From an uncultured Acidobacteriota bacterium (GTDB lineage: Bacteria > Acidobacteriota > Thermoanaerobaculia > Multivoradales > UBA5704): a stretch of DNA of 64,000 bases. Shown here piece by piece: positions 19,942 through 28,112 of this stretch. Each line of letters opens with the position of its first letter. The stretch's first letter is position 1. The stretch spans positions 1,440,001 to 1,504,000 of the forward strand of contig OY969474.1 of the NCBI GenBank assembly GCA_963700145.1, in the 5' to 3' direction. A program made the translations under genes and the position numbers. Below the pieces are notes generated by a model, which was not told the DNA's origin, searched no databases, and saw nothing but the letters and a program-made list of their open reading frames with translations.

Positions 19942-20765
19942 GTCGCATAGTCGCTCGCCTGCAGCTCCGCCCACTGCCGGCGCAGGTCCTCGCCGCGGGT
20001 CCGCCCGCGCAGACGGCGGACGTAGACCACCAGGAACGCCAGCCAGTACGGCTCGACCAGGAGCCAGGCGCCGGCGGCGAGGAGGAGCAGGAAGGCGCGG
20101 CCTTCCAGGCCGAGCGCCGCCTTCCAGGGTGCCAGGCTCGTTCCGAAGGCGCCGTCAGCCAGGAGCAGGGCGAGCTGGACGAGGAAGAGGAGGTTCAACG
20201 CCGCCACCAGGAAGGCGGTCGAGAACAGGAACACCGACGCGATCAGCGTGCGCCCGGCGCGGCCGGCGGCGAGCACCGTGCCGAGCGGCGCGAAGAGCCC
20301 CGGCCGGCCGTAGAACGGCAGGCTCGCCGCCGCCAGGCCGCCGAGGGTCACCAGCACCGGCACCGCCACCCCCGTCACCGCCAGCGCGATGAAGAGAGCC
20401 TCCAGCACCAGCGCCACGTAGACGTAGACCAGCGTCGCCCCGAGCGGCACCGCCAGCGCCCGCCATCCCGGCGTGCGGCCGGAGGCGTAGCGCTCGCCGC
20501 AGGCCTGCGCGTAGACGGCGCGGCCGTAGAGCGCCAGGAGGAACGCCAGCCCGATCGCCCACGACAGCTCGCCGAACCAGTCGCCGTACTGGCGGGCGTC
20601 GGCTCCCAGCTCGATCAGGCGATCGGCGAAGGCGACCTGGAGGAGGCGGAGCGGCACGGCGGTGAGCCAGAGCACGCCCACCCAGGGGGCGGCGACGGCC
20701 GCGACGACCTCCTCCCCCTCGTCGCACAGCTCGGCGAGGCCGAGGCCGGCGGCCCGCGCCTTCAG
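19932..20765 (-). CDS. Multi-pass membrane protein
   Basis: About six hydrophobic segments; ends VYVRRLRGRTRGEDL. Start uncertain, possibly CTG overlapping the upstream stop. Confidence 0.7.
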   Translation of the reverse strand: MKARAAGLGLAELCDEGEEVVAAVAAPWVGVLWLTAVPLRLLQVAFADRLIELGADARQYGDWFGELSWAIGLAFLLALYGRAVYAQACGERYASGRTPGWRALAVPLGATLVYVYVALVLEALFIALAVTGVAVPVLVTLGGLAAASLPFYGRPGLFAPLGTVLAAGRAGRTLIASVFLFSTAFLVAALNLLFLVQLALLLADGAFGTSLAPWKAALGLEGRAFLLLLAAGAWLLVEPYWLAFLVVYVRRLRGRTRGEDLRRQWAELQASDYATSS

Positions 20766-21031
20766 AAGAGCTCTCCGAAGTTGGCGGCCACCAGGACGCG
20801 CAGCTCGTTGGCGAGGACGAAGAGGAGGGCGGCCGCCAGCAGCATCGGCAGCCAGCCGAGGACGCGCCGCCGCTCCCGCCCGCCGGCGCGCCGCTTGCCG
20901 AGGCAGGGCGCGCAGTAGTGGATCCCCTCCCAGGGGGTCACGCACTCCTGGCAGAAGCGCTGCCCGCAGGCCATGCAGAGCGCCAGGGCAGGCCGCTGCG
21001 GATGGTTCGCGCAGACCTGGGGCTGCGGCAC
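20762..21031 (-). CDS. Small B-box zinc-finger membrane protein
   Basis: CANHP..A...CMACGQRFCQEC.......YCAPC plus a C-terminal TM; GTG start inferred. Confidence 0.8.
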   Translation of the reverse strand: MPQPQVCANHPQRPALALCMACGQRFCQECVTPWEGIHYCAPCLGKRRAGGRERRRVLGWLPMLLAAALLFVLANELRVLVAANFGELF

Positions 21032-21098
21032 GGATCGAGCGTACCACGCGCCCTTGATACGATCTGCGCCGACAACCGCGCGAGAGGAGGGCGATCGA

Positions 21099-21722
21099 AT
21101 GGAGCTCGTGGTGCGCTGCAAGAACCACCCCGAGGTGACCGAGGGCTGCGTGCGCTGCGCCCGCTGCGGCGACTGGGTGTGCCCCGACTGCCGGGTGGAG
21201 CTGGACGGCCGTCCCTACTGCGCCCAGTGCAAGACCGAGTACGTGCGCGACCTGCAGGCCGGCGTGGCGCCGCCCGGGAAGCTCGTCTACGCCTCGGTCT
21301 GGCGGCGCTTCTGCGCCCTCTTCCTCGACGGCCTGCTCTTCGGCATCCCGTACGGCATCTGGATGGTCTACATGATCGCCTCGGGGCAGATGGAGGACAG
21401 CGCCGAGCCCGACGTCATCGGGATCGTCGGCCTCATCCTCGTCATCCTCTGGGTCACCGTCGGGCAGGTGGTCTACGAGGGGGTGATGCTGTCGCGCGGC
21501 GGCCAGACGCTCGGCAAGCGCGCGATGAGCGTCAAGGTCGTCACCCCCGAGGGGCACGACCTCCGGCCCGGTCAGGCCTGGGGGCGCGCCGCGCTGCGCT
21601 TCCTGATCGCCGGATGCCTGTCGATCATCGACTACGTGCCGGCGCTCTTCACCGACGAGAAGACCACCCTGCACGACCTGGCGGCTAGGACGCGGGTGAT
21701 CGACGCGCCGGGCGTTCGCTAG
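21099..21722 (+). CDS. B-box zinc finger + RDD-domain protein
   Basis: CKNHP...CARCGDWVCPDC...YCAQC; YASVWRRFCALFLD; GQTLGK; LHDLAARTRVI; SD GAGGAGG. Confidence 0.88.
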   Translation: MELVVRCKNHPEVTEGCVRCARCGDWVCPDCRVELDGRPYCAQCKTEYVRDLQAGVAPPGKLVYASVWRRFCALFLDGLLFGIPYGIWMVYMIASGQMEDSAEPDVIGIVGLILVILWVTVGQVVYEGVMLSRGGQTLGKRAMSVKVVTPEGHDLRPGQAWGRAALRFLIAGCLSIIDYVPALFTDEKTTLHDLAARTRVIDAPGVR

Positions 21723-21743
21723 GCGCGCCGCCGGAGGGCTCCC

Positions 21744-22373
21744 CTGCTCGACCTCTTCTCCGAGCGCCGCGGCACCGGGAGCCCGCCGTCGCGCCTGGAG
21801 CGGGCGGGGATCGGCTGTCCGCGCTGCCGGGTGGCGCTCGACCTCTCGCTCCTCGCCAGCGGTCCCCAGACTTGCGCCGCCTGCGGCACCCGCTTCGAGG
21901 CGGTCCTCTTCGACCCCCCCTTCGCCCGGACGACGGTCACTCGCCTGGGCGAGGCCGGGCCCGCCGCCGGCACCGCCTGCGCCAACCACGCCGGCAACCT
22001 GGCCACCGCCCACTGCGGCCGCTGCGGCCTCTTGATCTGCGACCTCTGCCGCATCGAGACCGAGGGCGTCGTCCTCTGCCCCGCCTGCTTCGCCCGCCTC
22101 ACCGCCGGCGACGCGCTGACCAGCACACGCAGCCGCTACACCGACCTGACCGGGGTCTCGTTCCTGATGAGTTTCATGGGGCTCCTGATCTGCTTCCTCG
22201 GCCCGCTGCTCGGGCCGGCGGCGGCCTGGTGCGCCGTTCGCTCCGCGCGCCAGCGGCGCCAGATGGGGGCGAGCCGCGCGGCGCCGGTGGCGGCGCTGAT
22301 CGTGGCGCTGCTGGTCACCGGCGTCGGGCTCTTCGTGGTCGGCGCCATGATCTACGGGATGGTCACCGCGTGA
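21744..22373 (+). CDS. Zn-ribbon + B-box + two-TM protein
   Basis: CPRC...CAAC, CANH...CGRCGLLICDLC...LCPAC, C-terminal TMs. Start uncertain; the frame is open upstream of 21831. Confidence 0.75.
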   Translation: MLDLFSERRGTGSPPSRLERAGIGCPRCRVALDLSLLASGPQTCAACGTRFEAVLFDPPFARTTVTRLGEAGPAAGTACANHAGNLATAHCGRCGLLICDLCRIETEGVVLCPACFARLTAGDALTSTRSRYTDLTGVSFLMSFMGLLICFLGPLLGPAAAWCAVRSARQRRQMGASRAAPVAALIVALLVTGVGLFVVGAMIYGMVTA

Positions 22374-22864
22374 CCGCTCCGCCGCGCCGCAAGCGGCTGA
22401 GCCGCGACGCCGACCTCGCCACGCGCTACCGCGTCTACGAGGTGCCCGGCGGCCTGGAGGTCGAGGAGCTCTCCTTCGTCGAGGCCAGCCGCCGGCGGGT
22501 CTTCTTCGACGAGGTGGTGCTGGTGACCTACCACCGCTACCGGCCGGTCGCCGCGATCGTCGTGGCCGCCGTCTTCGCGCTGCTCTTCGCCTTCTGCGCC
22601 GCCGTCCTGCTCGACCCGGCCGGGCTGCGGGTGGCGGCGGCCTTCGCGGCGCTCGGCGGGTTCTTCGCCCTCGTGCTCCTGGTGCTGCTGGTCAACCCGT
22701 ATCACGCGATCACCGTCTTCGGCCTGCGCAGCCGCGCCCGCATCGTGCGCCGCCTGAGCGGCCGGCGGGCGCGCGAGATCTACGCCCGCCTCTGCCGCGA
22801 GGTGGAGGCGGCGCAGCGCGCGGCGCGCGGCGGCGCGACGGCGGCCGCGGTGGAGGTGAGCTAG
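22370..22864 (+). CDS. Two-TM hypothetical protein
   Basis: GTGA coupling to the previous gene; hydrophobic hairpin. Confidence 0.75.
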   Translation: MTAPPRRKRLSRDADLATRYRVYEVPGGLEVEELSFVEASRRRVFFDEVVLVTYHRYRPVAAIVVAAVFALLFAFCAAVLLDPAGLRVAAAFAALGGFFALVLLVLLVNPYHAITVFGLRSRARIVRRLSGRRAREIYARLCREVEAAQRAARGGATAAAVEVS

Positions 22865-23251
22865 ATGGAACGCGCCGTGATGATCTACGCCACCGTCAAC
22901 CTGCTGGTCATCGGCCTCTCGCATCTGCTGCAGCCGCGAGCCTGGGCCGAGTTCTTCATCCTGCTGCGCGAGAAGGGAGCGCCGGGCGTCTTCGCGGTCG
23001 CGTTCCCGACCCTCATCTTCGGCTCGATCATCGTGGGGTTCCACCGCGTCTGGCACGGCATCCCCCTGGTGCTGACGCTCCTCGGCATCGCCCAGGTGGT
23101 GAAGGCCACCCTCTACTTCTGCTTCCCCCGCTACGGGATGAAAGGCCTGCAGCGCGTCTCGGTCGAGCGCGCCTGGGAGTTCCAGGTCGCCGCCGTCGCC
23201 CTCTTCGTCCTCTGCGGCCTCTTCCTCTACGAGCTGCTGCGCACGGGCTAG
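22865..23251 (+). CDS. Small four-TM membrane protein
   Basis: Hydrophobic ORF starting directly after the previous stop. Confidence 0.75.
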   Translation: MERAVMIYATVNLLVIGLSHLLQPRAWAEFFILLREKGAPGVFAVAFPTLIFGSIIVGFHRVWHGIPLVLTLLGIAQVVKATLYFCFPRYGMKGLQRVSVERAWEFQVAAVALFVLCGLFLYELLRTG

Positions 23252-23254
23252 CCG

Positions 23255-25771
23255 CTACTCGTAGCGCAGCGCCTGCATCGGATCGACCTGCGAGGCACGG
23301 TGGGCCGGAAGGAGGCCGGCGCCCAAGGCGACGGCGGCGAGGAGGCCCGCCGCGGTGCCGAAGACGACCGGGTCGGTGCCTTCGAGCTGGTAGAGCAGCG
23401 ACTGCGCGAGCCGTCCCAGGCCGACCGCCGCCGCTAGTCCGATCACGCCGCCGATCGCCGTCATCTTGGCGACCTGCCGCAGCACCATGCCGCGCACGCG
23501 GCCGCCGTCGGCGCCGAGCGCCATGCGCACGCCGATCTCGCGCGTCCGCTGCGCCACGGTGTAGGCGAGGACGCCGTAGAGGCCCACCGCGGCGAGCAGT
23601 GTCGCCAGGACCGCGAAGGCCGCCGACAGCACGCTGATCATGCGGTCCTCGGCGACGTTCTCGCGTACCTGCTGCGGCAGGGTCTTGAGCTCCTCGACCG
23701 GGAGGTTGGGGTCCAGCCGGGCGACGACGCCGTTGACCGCCGGCAGGACGCGCTCGGGGTCGCCGCTCGTGCGCAGGTAGAAGTTGAGGAAGCCGAGGCT
23801 CTCGCTCTGCTGGTAGGGGTAGAAGAACTGCGGCGGCACCTCCTGCTTGACCTCGCTGTACTTGGCGTCGGCGACCAGGCCGACGATCTGGACGTCGAGC
23901 TCGGTCTCCTCCTCGTTCTCCTCGCTCATGAGCTTGCCGACCGCCTCGCGCCCGAGGTTGAACTTCTTGGCGAAGGCCTGGTTGACGACCGCCACCCGCG
24001 GTCTGCCGAGCGTGTCGGCGCGGGTGAACTCGCGGCCGGCGAGGAGCGGCACGCCCAACGTGCGGAAGTACCCCGGGCCGATGCGGTTGAAGTTGGCGTT
24101 GTCGTCGGTGTCCGGGCCGGACTCGAAGCCCTGCACCCTGACGTCGGTACCCCAGTTGCTGCCGGCGAGGAGGGGGATCATGCCGGCGGTGACGCCGGTG
24201 ACGCCGGGCACCGCCGCCAGCTCGTCCTCGAGGCGCTGGAAGAGCGCCCGCGACCGCTCGGGGGTGTAGCCGTTGAGCTCGGGCGAGACGGCGAAGGTGA
24301 CGACGCTCTCGGTCTGGATGCCGAGGTCCACGCGGGTGACGTTGAAGAGGCTGCGGGTGAAGAGGCCGGCGGCGACGAGCAGCGCCATCGACAGCGCGAT
24401 CTGCGCCGTCGCCAGGGTCATGCGGAAGCGCGACGCCCCGCGCGAGGTGCCCTTGCGGCCCGCCTCGTCTTTCAATGCCGAGACGAGGTTGGGGCGCGTG
24501 CTGTGGAGCGCCGGGAAGAGGCCGAAGAGGAGCCCGGTGCCGAGCGCCAGGGCGCCGGCGAAGAAGAAGACGCCGCGGTCGACGCCGAACCCGACGCCTT
24601 CCATCGCCTCGGCGGGCAGGAGCGAGCCGATGAGGGCGAGCGTCCAGCGCGCGACGAGGACGCCGAGCGCGCCGCCGAGCAGGGCGAGCACCACCGCCTC
24701 GAGCAGCAGCTGGGTCACCAGCTGCCGGCGGCTGGCGCCGATCGAGAGGCGCACCGCCATCTCGCCGGCGCGCGCGGCGCCGCGCACCAGGAGGAGGTTG
24801 GCGACGTTGGCGCAGGCGATGAGCAGGACGAAGCCGGTGACGCTGAGCAGCAGCAGGAGCGGCGTGCGCGCCTCGCCGTGCAGCGAGCTCTGCCCGCGGT
24901 AGCCCGGCTCGAAGGTCAGCTCGCGAGTGCGGAAGCGGGCCATCGTCTGGTCGCTCATGTCCTCCTGGAGCGGCGCCTCGACCTCGTTGAGGATGGCGCG
25001 GTACGGCACGTCGAGCGCCGCCTTCGCCTGCTCGGCCGAGACGCCCGGCCGCAGGCGTGCGAAGACGTAGGCCCAGTACGCGCGCCGGCTCTCGAAGCCG
25101 TTCTCCTCGGGGGTCACGAACCCCGGCTCCATCAGGCCGCGCATGGTCAGCGGCACGAAGACCTGCGGCCGCGAGCCGAGCGTCGTCCCCGCAAAGCCGC
25201 GCGGCGCGACGCCGACGATCGTCATCGACTGCCCGTTGACGGTCAGGGCCTGGCCCAGCACGTCGGGGTCGGCGCCGAACCGGCTCCGCCAGTAGGGCTC
25301 GGAGAGGACGACGACGAAGTGGCCGCCGATCGTGCGGTCTTCGCCGGGGTCGAGGAGGCGCCCCAGCGCCGGTTCGACGCCGAGCACCGGGAAGTAGCTG
25401 CCCGAGACCAGCACGCCGTCGCCGTTGGCGGTCTGGCCGCGGTAGGCCAGGTTGGCGGAGAAGATGCGGTGCGCCGCGATGCCGGTGAAGACCTTCTGCA
25501 CGCGCTCGAGGTCTTTGAGCATCGGGAAGCTGAAGACCAGGTCGCAGTCGCCGGCCTGGTTGCAGGACGTCCAGCCCGGCTTGGGGCCGGGTGCCGCGAG
25601 GTTGACCAGCTCCTCCGGATGCGGCACGGGCAGCGGCCGCAGCAGCAGCCGGTCGAAGAGCGAGAAGATCGCGGCGTTGGCGCCGATGCCGAGCGCCAGC
25701 GAGACGATCGCGACGGCGGTGATGAAGGGGCTGCGGAAGAGCGTACGGAGGGCCAGGCGGACGTCGACCAT
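23255..25771 (-). CDS. ADOP/MacB-like duplicated ABC permease
   Basis: LALGIGANAAIFS, LLIACANVANLLL, EIGVRMALGA, DPMQALRYE. Confidence 0.95.
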   Translation of the reverse strand: MVDVRLALRTLFRSPFITAVAIVSLALGIGANAAIFSLFDRLLLRPLPVPHPEELVNLAAPGPKPGWTSCNQAGDCDLVFSFPMLKDLERVQKVFTGIAAHRIFSANLAYRGQTANGDGVLVSGSYFPVLGVEPALGRLLDPGEDRTIGGHFVVVLSEPYWRSRFGADPDVLGQALTVNGQSMTIVGVAPRGFAGTTLGSRPQVFVPLTMRGLMEPGFVTPEENGFESRRAYWAYVFARLRPGVSAEQAKAALDVPYRAILNEVEAPLQEDMSDQTMARFRTRELTFEPGYRGQSSLHGEARTPLLLLLSVTGFVLLIACANVANLLLVRGAARAGEMAVRLSIGASRRQLVTQLLLEAVVLALLGGALGVLVARWTLALIGSLLPAEAMEGVGFGVDRGVFFFAGALALGTGLLFGLFPALHSTRPNLVSALKDEAGRKGTSRGASRFRMTLATAQIALSMALLVAAGLFTRSLFNVTRVDLGIQTESVVTFAVSPELNGYTPERSRALFQRLEDELAAVPGVTGVTAGMIPLLAGSNWGTDVRVQGFESGPDTDDNANFNRIGPGYFRTLGVPLLAGREFTRADTLGRPRVAVVNQAFAKKFNLGREAVGKLMSEENEEETELDVQIVGLVADAKYSEVKQEVPPQFFYPYQQSESLGFLNFYLRTSGDPERVLPAVNGVVARLDPNLPVEELKTLPQQVRENVAEDRMISVLSAAFAVLATLLAAVGLYGVLAYTVAQRTREIGVRMALGADGGRVRGMVLRQVAKMTAIGGVIGLAAAVGLGRLAQSLLYQLEGTDPVVFGTAAGLLAAVALGAGLLPAHRASQVDPMQALRYE

Positions 25772-25801
25772 GATGGCGAAGACTATGGCAACCGCGGCGC
25801 C

Positions 25802-27340
25802 TCAGGCAGGGCGCGCGGCGGCGAAGATCGCCCGCACGGTGTCCACGGTGTCGGCCTCGGCCGCCGGCTTGTCCTCGCGGTAGCGCTTGACGCGGGCGAA
25901 GCGCAGCGCCATGCCGGCCGGGTAGTGCGGGCTCTCCTGGACGTCGTTGAAGGCCACCTCGACGACCAGCTCCGGGCGCAGCGTCACCGTCCAGCCGTCG
26001 GTTTCGACCGCCAGCTCCTGGAAGCGGCGGGTCTGCCAGGCGAGCGTCTCGTCGGTCAGCCCCTTGAAGGTCTTGCCGAGCATCACGAACTGGCCGCTCT
26101 CGGCGTCGCGGGCGCCGAGGTGGAGGTTCGAGAGCCAGCCGTGCCGCCGGCCGTGCCCCCACTCGGCGGCGAGCACCACGAGGTCGAGGGTGTGCGCGGG
26201 CTTCACCTTGAGCCAGGAGAAGCCGCGCCGCCCCGCCTCGTAGGGCGCGTTCGTCGCCTTCGCCATCAGCCCCTCGTGGCCGCGGCGCAGGGCGTCGGCG
26301 AAGAAGGCGTCCGCCGCCTCGGGGTCGGCGGTGACCAGGCGCGGCACCGCCAGCGCCGGCGCCGCCTCGGCCAGCGCCGCGAAGCGCTCGCCGGCCGGGC
26401 GGTCGACGAGGTCCTCGCCGTCGACGTGCAGGAGGTCGAAGAAGAACGGGGTGAGCGGCAGCTCGCCGCGCAGGCGCTCGACGTCGAGCTTGCGCCCGAA
26501 GCGGCGCATCGTGACCTGGAAGGGGTGCGGCGTGCCGTCGGGCCGCAGCGCCAGCACCTCGCCGTCGAGGAGGAGCTGCTGCGCCGGCAGCGCCGCGACC
26601 GCCGCGACCAGCTCCGGCACGGCCTGGGTGACGTCGTTGCCGCGGCGCGAGTAGACCCGCACCTCCTCCCCCACCCGGTGCACTTGGACCCGCGCGCCGT
26701 CGAGCTTGAACTCCAGCGCCGCCTCGCCGAGCCGCCCGAGCGCCGCCTCCAGATCCTCGGCGGGCTGCGCCAGCATCGGCTGCAGCGGCCGGAAGAGCTG
26801 GAGGCGGAAGCGGCCGAGGCCGACGCGCCCCTCGGTCAGCGCGGCGCGCGCCACCGGCGCCAGCTCGCCGGCCAGCATCAGCGCCCGCCGCACCTCGTCG
26901 GCCGGCACCCCGGCGGCGGCGGCCAGCGCCTCGCCCATCAGCCCGGCGAGCGCCCCCTGGCGCAGCTCGCCGAAGATCAGGCGGACGAGGAAGTCCTGCT
27001 CCTCGGCCGTGGCGCGGGCGAGGAGGGCCCCGAGCCGCCGCGCCCGCTCGGCCGTCGAGCCGGCGCCCGAGACGGCGGCGATCGAGGCGAAGGCGGCGTC
27101 CACCTCGGAGAGGGTGAGCGACGGCTCGGCCGCCGCCTCCCCCGGCATCGCCGCCCGCACCGCCGCCCCGCCGAGGCCGATCCGCCCCTGCCGCAGATGC
27201 CCCGAGAGGAAGGCGACCGCGACGTCGATCTCCTCCGGCCGCAGGTGGCGTAAGAGGCCGGCGAGTGCCGCGGTCTTGACCGACCGGGCACGGCTCCCGG
27301 CGACGTGGCGCGAGGTGGCGACGAGCTCGGCGAGGCGCAT
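25802..27340 (-). CDS. ATP-dependent DNA ligase (LigB-like)
   Basis: PMLA, EFKLDGAR, LDGE, EGLMAK, WLKVK, ALRFAR; start MRLAELVATS. Confidence 0.95.
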   Translation of the reverse strand: MRLAELVATSRHVAGSRARSVKTAALAGLLRHLRPEEIDVAVAFLSGHLRQGRIGLGGAAVRAAMPGEAAAEPSLTLSEVDAAFASIAAVSGAGSTAERARRLGALLARATAEEQDFLVRLIFGELRQGALAGLMGEALAAAAGVPADEVRRALMLAGELAPVARAALTEGRVGLGRFRLQLFRPLQPMLAQPAEDLEAALGRLGEAALEFKLDGARVQVHRVGEEVRVYSRRGNDVTQAVPELVAAVAALPAQQLLLDGEVLALRPDGTPHPFQVTMRRFGRKLDVERLRGELPLTPFFFDLLHVDGEDLVDRPAGERFAALAEAAPALAVPRLVTADPEAADAFFADALRRGHEGLMAKATNAPYEAGRRGFSWLKVKPAHTLDLVVLAAEWGHGRRHGWLSNLHLGARDAESGQFVMLGKTFKGLTDETLAWQTRRFQELAVETDGWTVTLRPELVVEVAFNDVQESPHYPAGMALRFARVKRYREDKPAAEADTVDTVRAIFAAARPA

Positions 27341-27376
27341 CGGAGAGCATCCTATGGTCGTCCGTCTTCTCCCTCC

Positions 27377-27394
27377 GTATATACGCGGATATAC
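27377..27394. promoter_or_regulatory. Putative vapBC autoregulatory operator
   Basis: Inverted repeat GTATAT-N6-ATATAC, 22 bp upstream of the antitoxin ATG. Confidence 0.65.
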
Positions 27395-27416
27395 TCGACC
27401 GCCAAGGGGGAGATCC

Positions 27417-27656
27417 ATGGCGAGCGCGAAAGTCTTCCGCAGCGGCAACAGCCAGGCGGTCCGCCTGCCGAAGGAGTTCCGCTTCCCCTCCGGGGTGGAC
27501 GAGGTCGCGGTCCGCCGCCAGGGCGACCGGATCATCCTCGAGCCGCTCGCCCGCGAGGAGTGGCCGGAAGAGTTCTGGCAGGCGTTCGGAACGCTGAGCG
27601 AGGACTTCGAGCGCCCGCGTCAGGTGGCGCAGCGGCGGAAAGACCTCGCCGGGTGA
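27417..27656 (+). CDS. vapB: AbrB/MazE-type antitoxin VapB
   Basis: AKVFRSGNSQAVRLPKEFRF. Confidence 0.93.
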   Translation: MASAKVFRSGNSQAVRLPKEFRFPSGVDEVAVRRQGDRIILEPLAREEWPEEFWQAFGTLSEDFERPRQVAQRRKDLAG

Positions 27657-28054
27657 GGTACCTCCTCGACACCAACATCTGCGTCTACGCCCTGAAGCAC
27701 CGCCCGCCCGAGGTGCTGGAACGGTTGCAGGCCGTCGGCAAGGCCGCCGTCGCGGTGAGCGTCATCACGGTGCTGGAGCTGCGGCAAGGGGCTGAGAAGA
27801 GCCAGCAGGCGACCGCCAACCACGCCCGGCTCGACCTCTTTCTCGGACCCCTGCGCGTGCTCCCCTTCGACGAGGAAGCCGCGCTGGCCGGCGCCCGCCT
27901 GCGCGCTCATCTGGAGCGCCTGGGCCGTCCGATCGGCGACCTCGACAGCCTCATCGCCGCGCAGGCGCTGGCCCGGGAGATGGTCCTGGTCACCAACAAC
28001 CTCCGCGAGTTCGAGCGCGTCCCCGCCCTGCAGGTCGAGAACTGGGTCTCCTGA
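27653..28054 (+). CDS. vapC: PIN-domain toxin VapC
   Basis: YLLDTNIC, D.LIAAQA, LVTNNLREF; GTGA overlap with vapB. Confidence 0.95.
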   Translation: MRYLLDTNICVYALKHRPPEVLERLQAVGKAAVAVSVITVLELRQGAEKSQQATANHARLDLFLGPLRVLPFDEEAALAGARLRAHLERLGRPIGDLDSLIAAQALAREMVLVTNNLREFERVPALQVENWVS

Positions 28055-28112
28055 GCGCGGTGCGGCGCCGCGGCCGTGACAGACCCATGCGCCGGTCCGT
28101 ATGCTCCGCCGC

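Noticed and set aside
23028-27350. Very long Arg/Gly/Ala-rich ORFs (e.g. 1440 aa here, 36213..39692, 35830..39114, 307..1896)
   Set aside because: Off-frame or antisense shadows of clear genes in high-GC DNA; no motifs.
27417-28054. vapBC and the IS5 element as novel systems
   Set aside because: Both are canonical members of well-known families.
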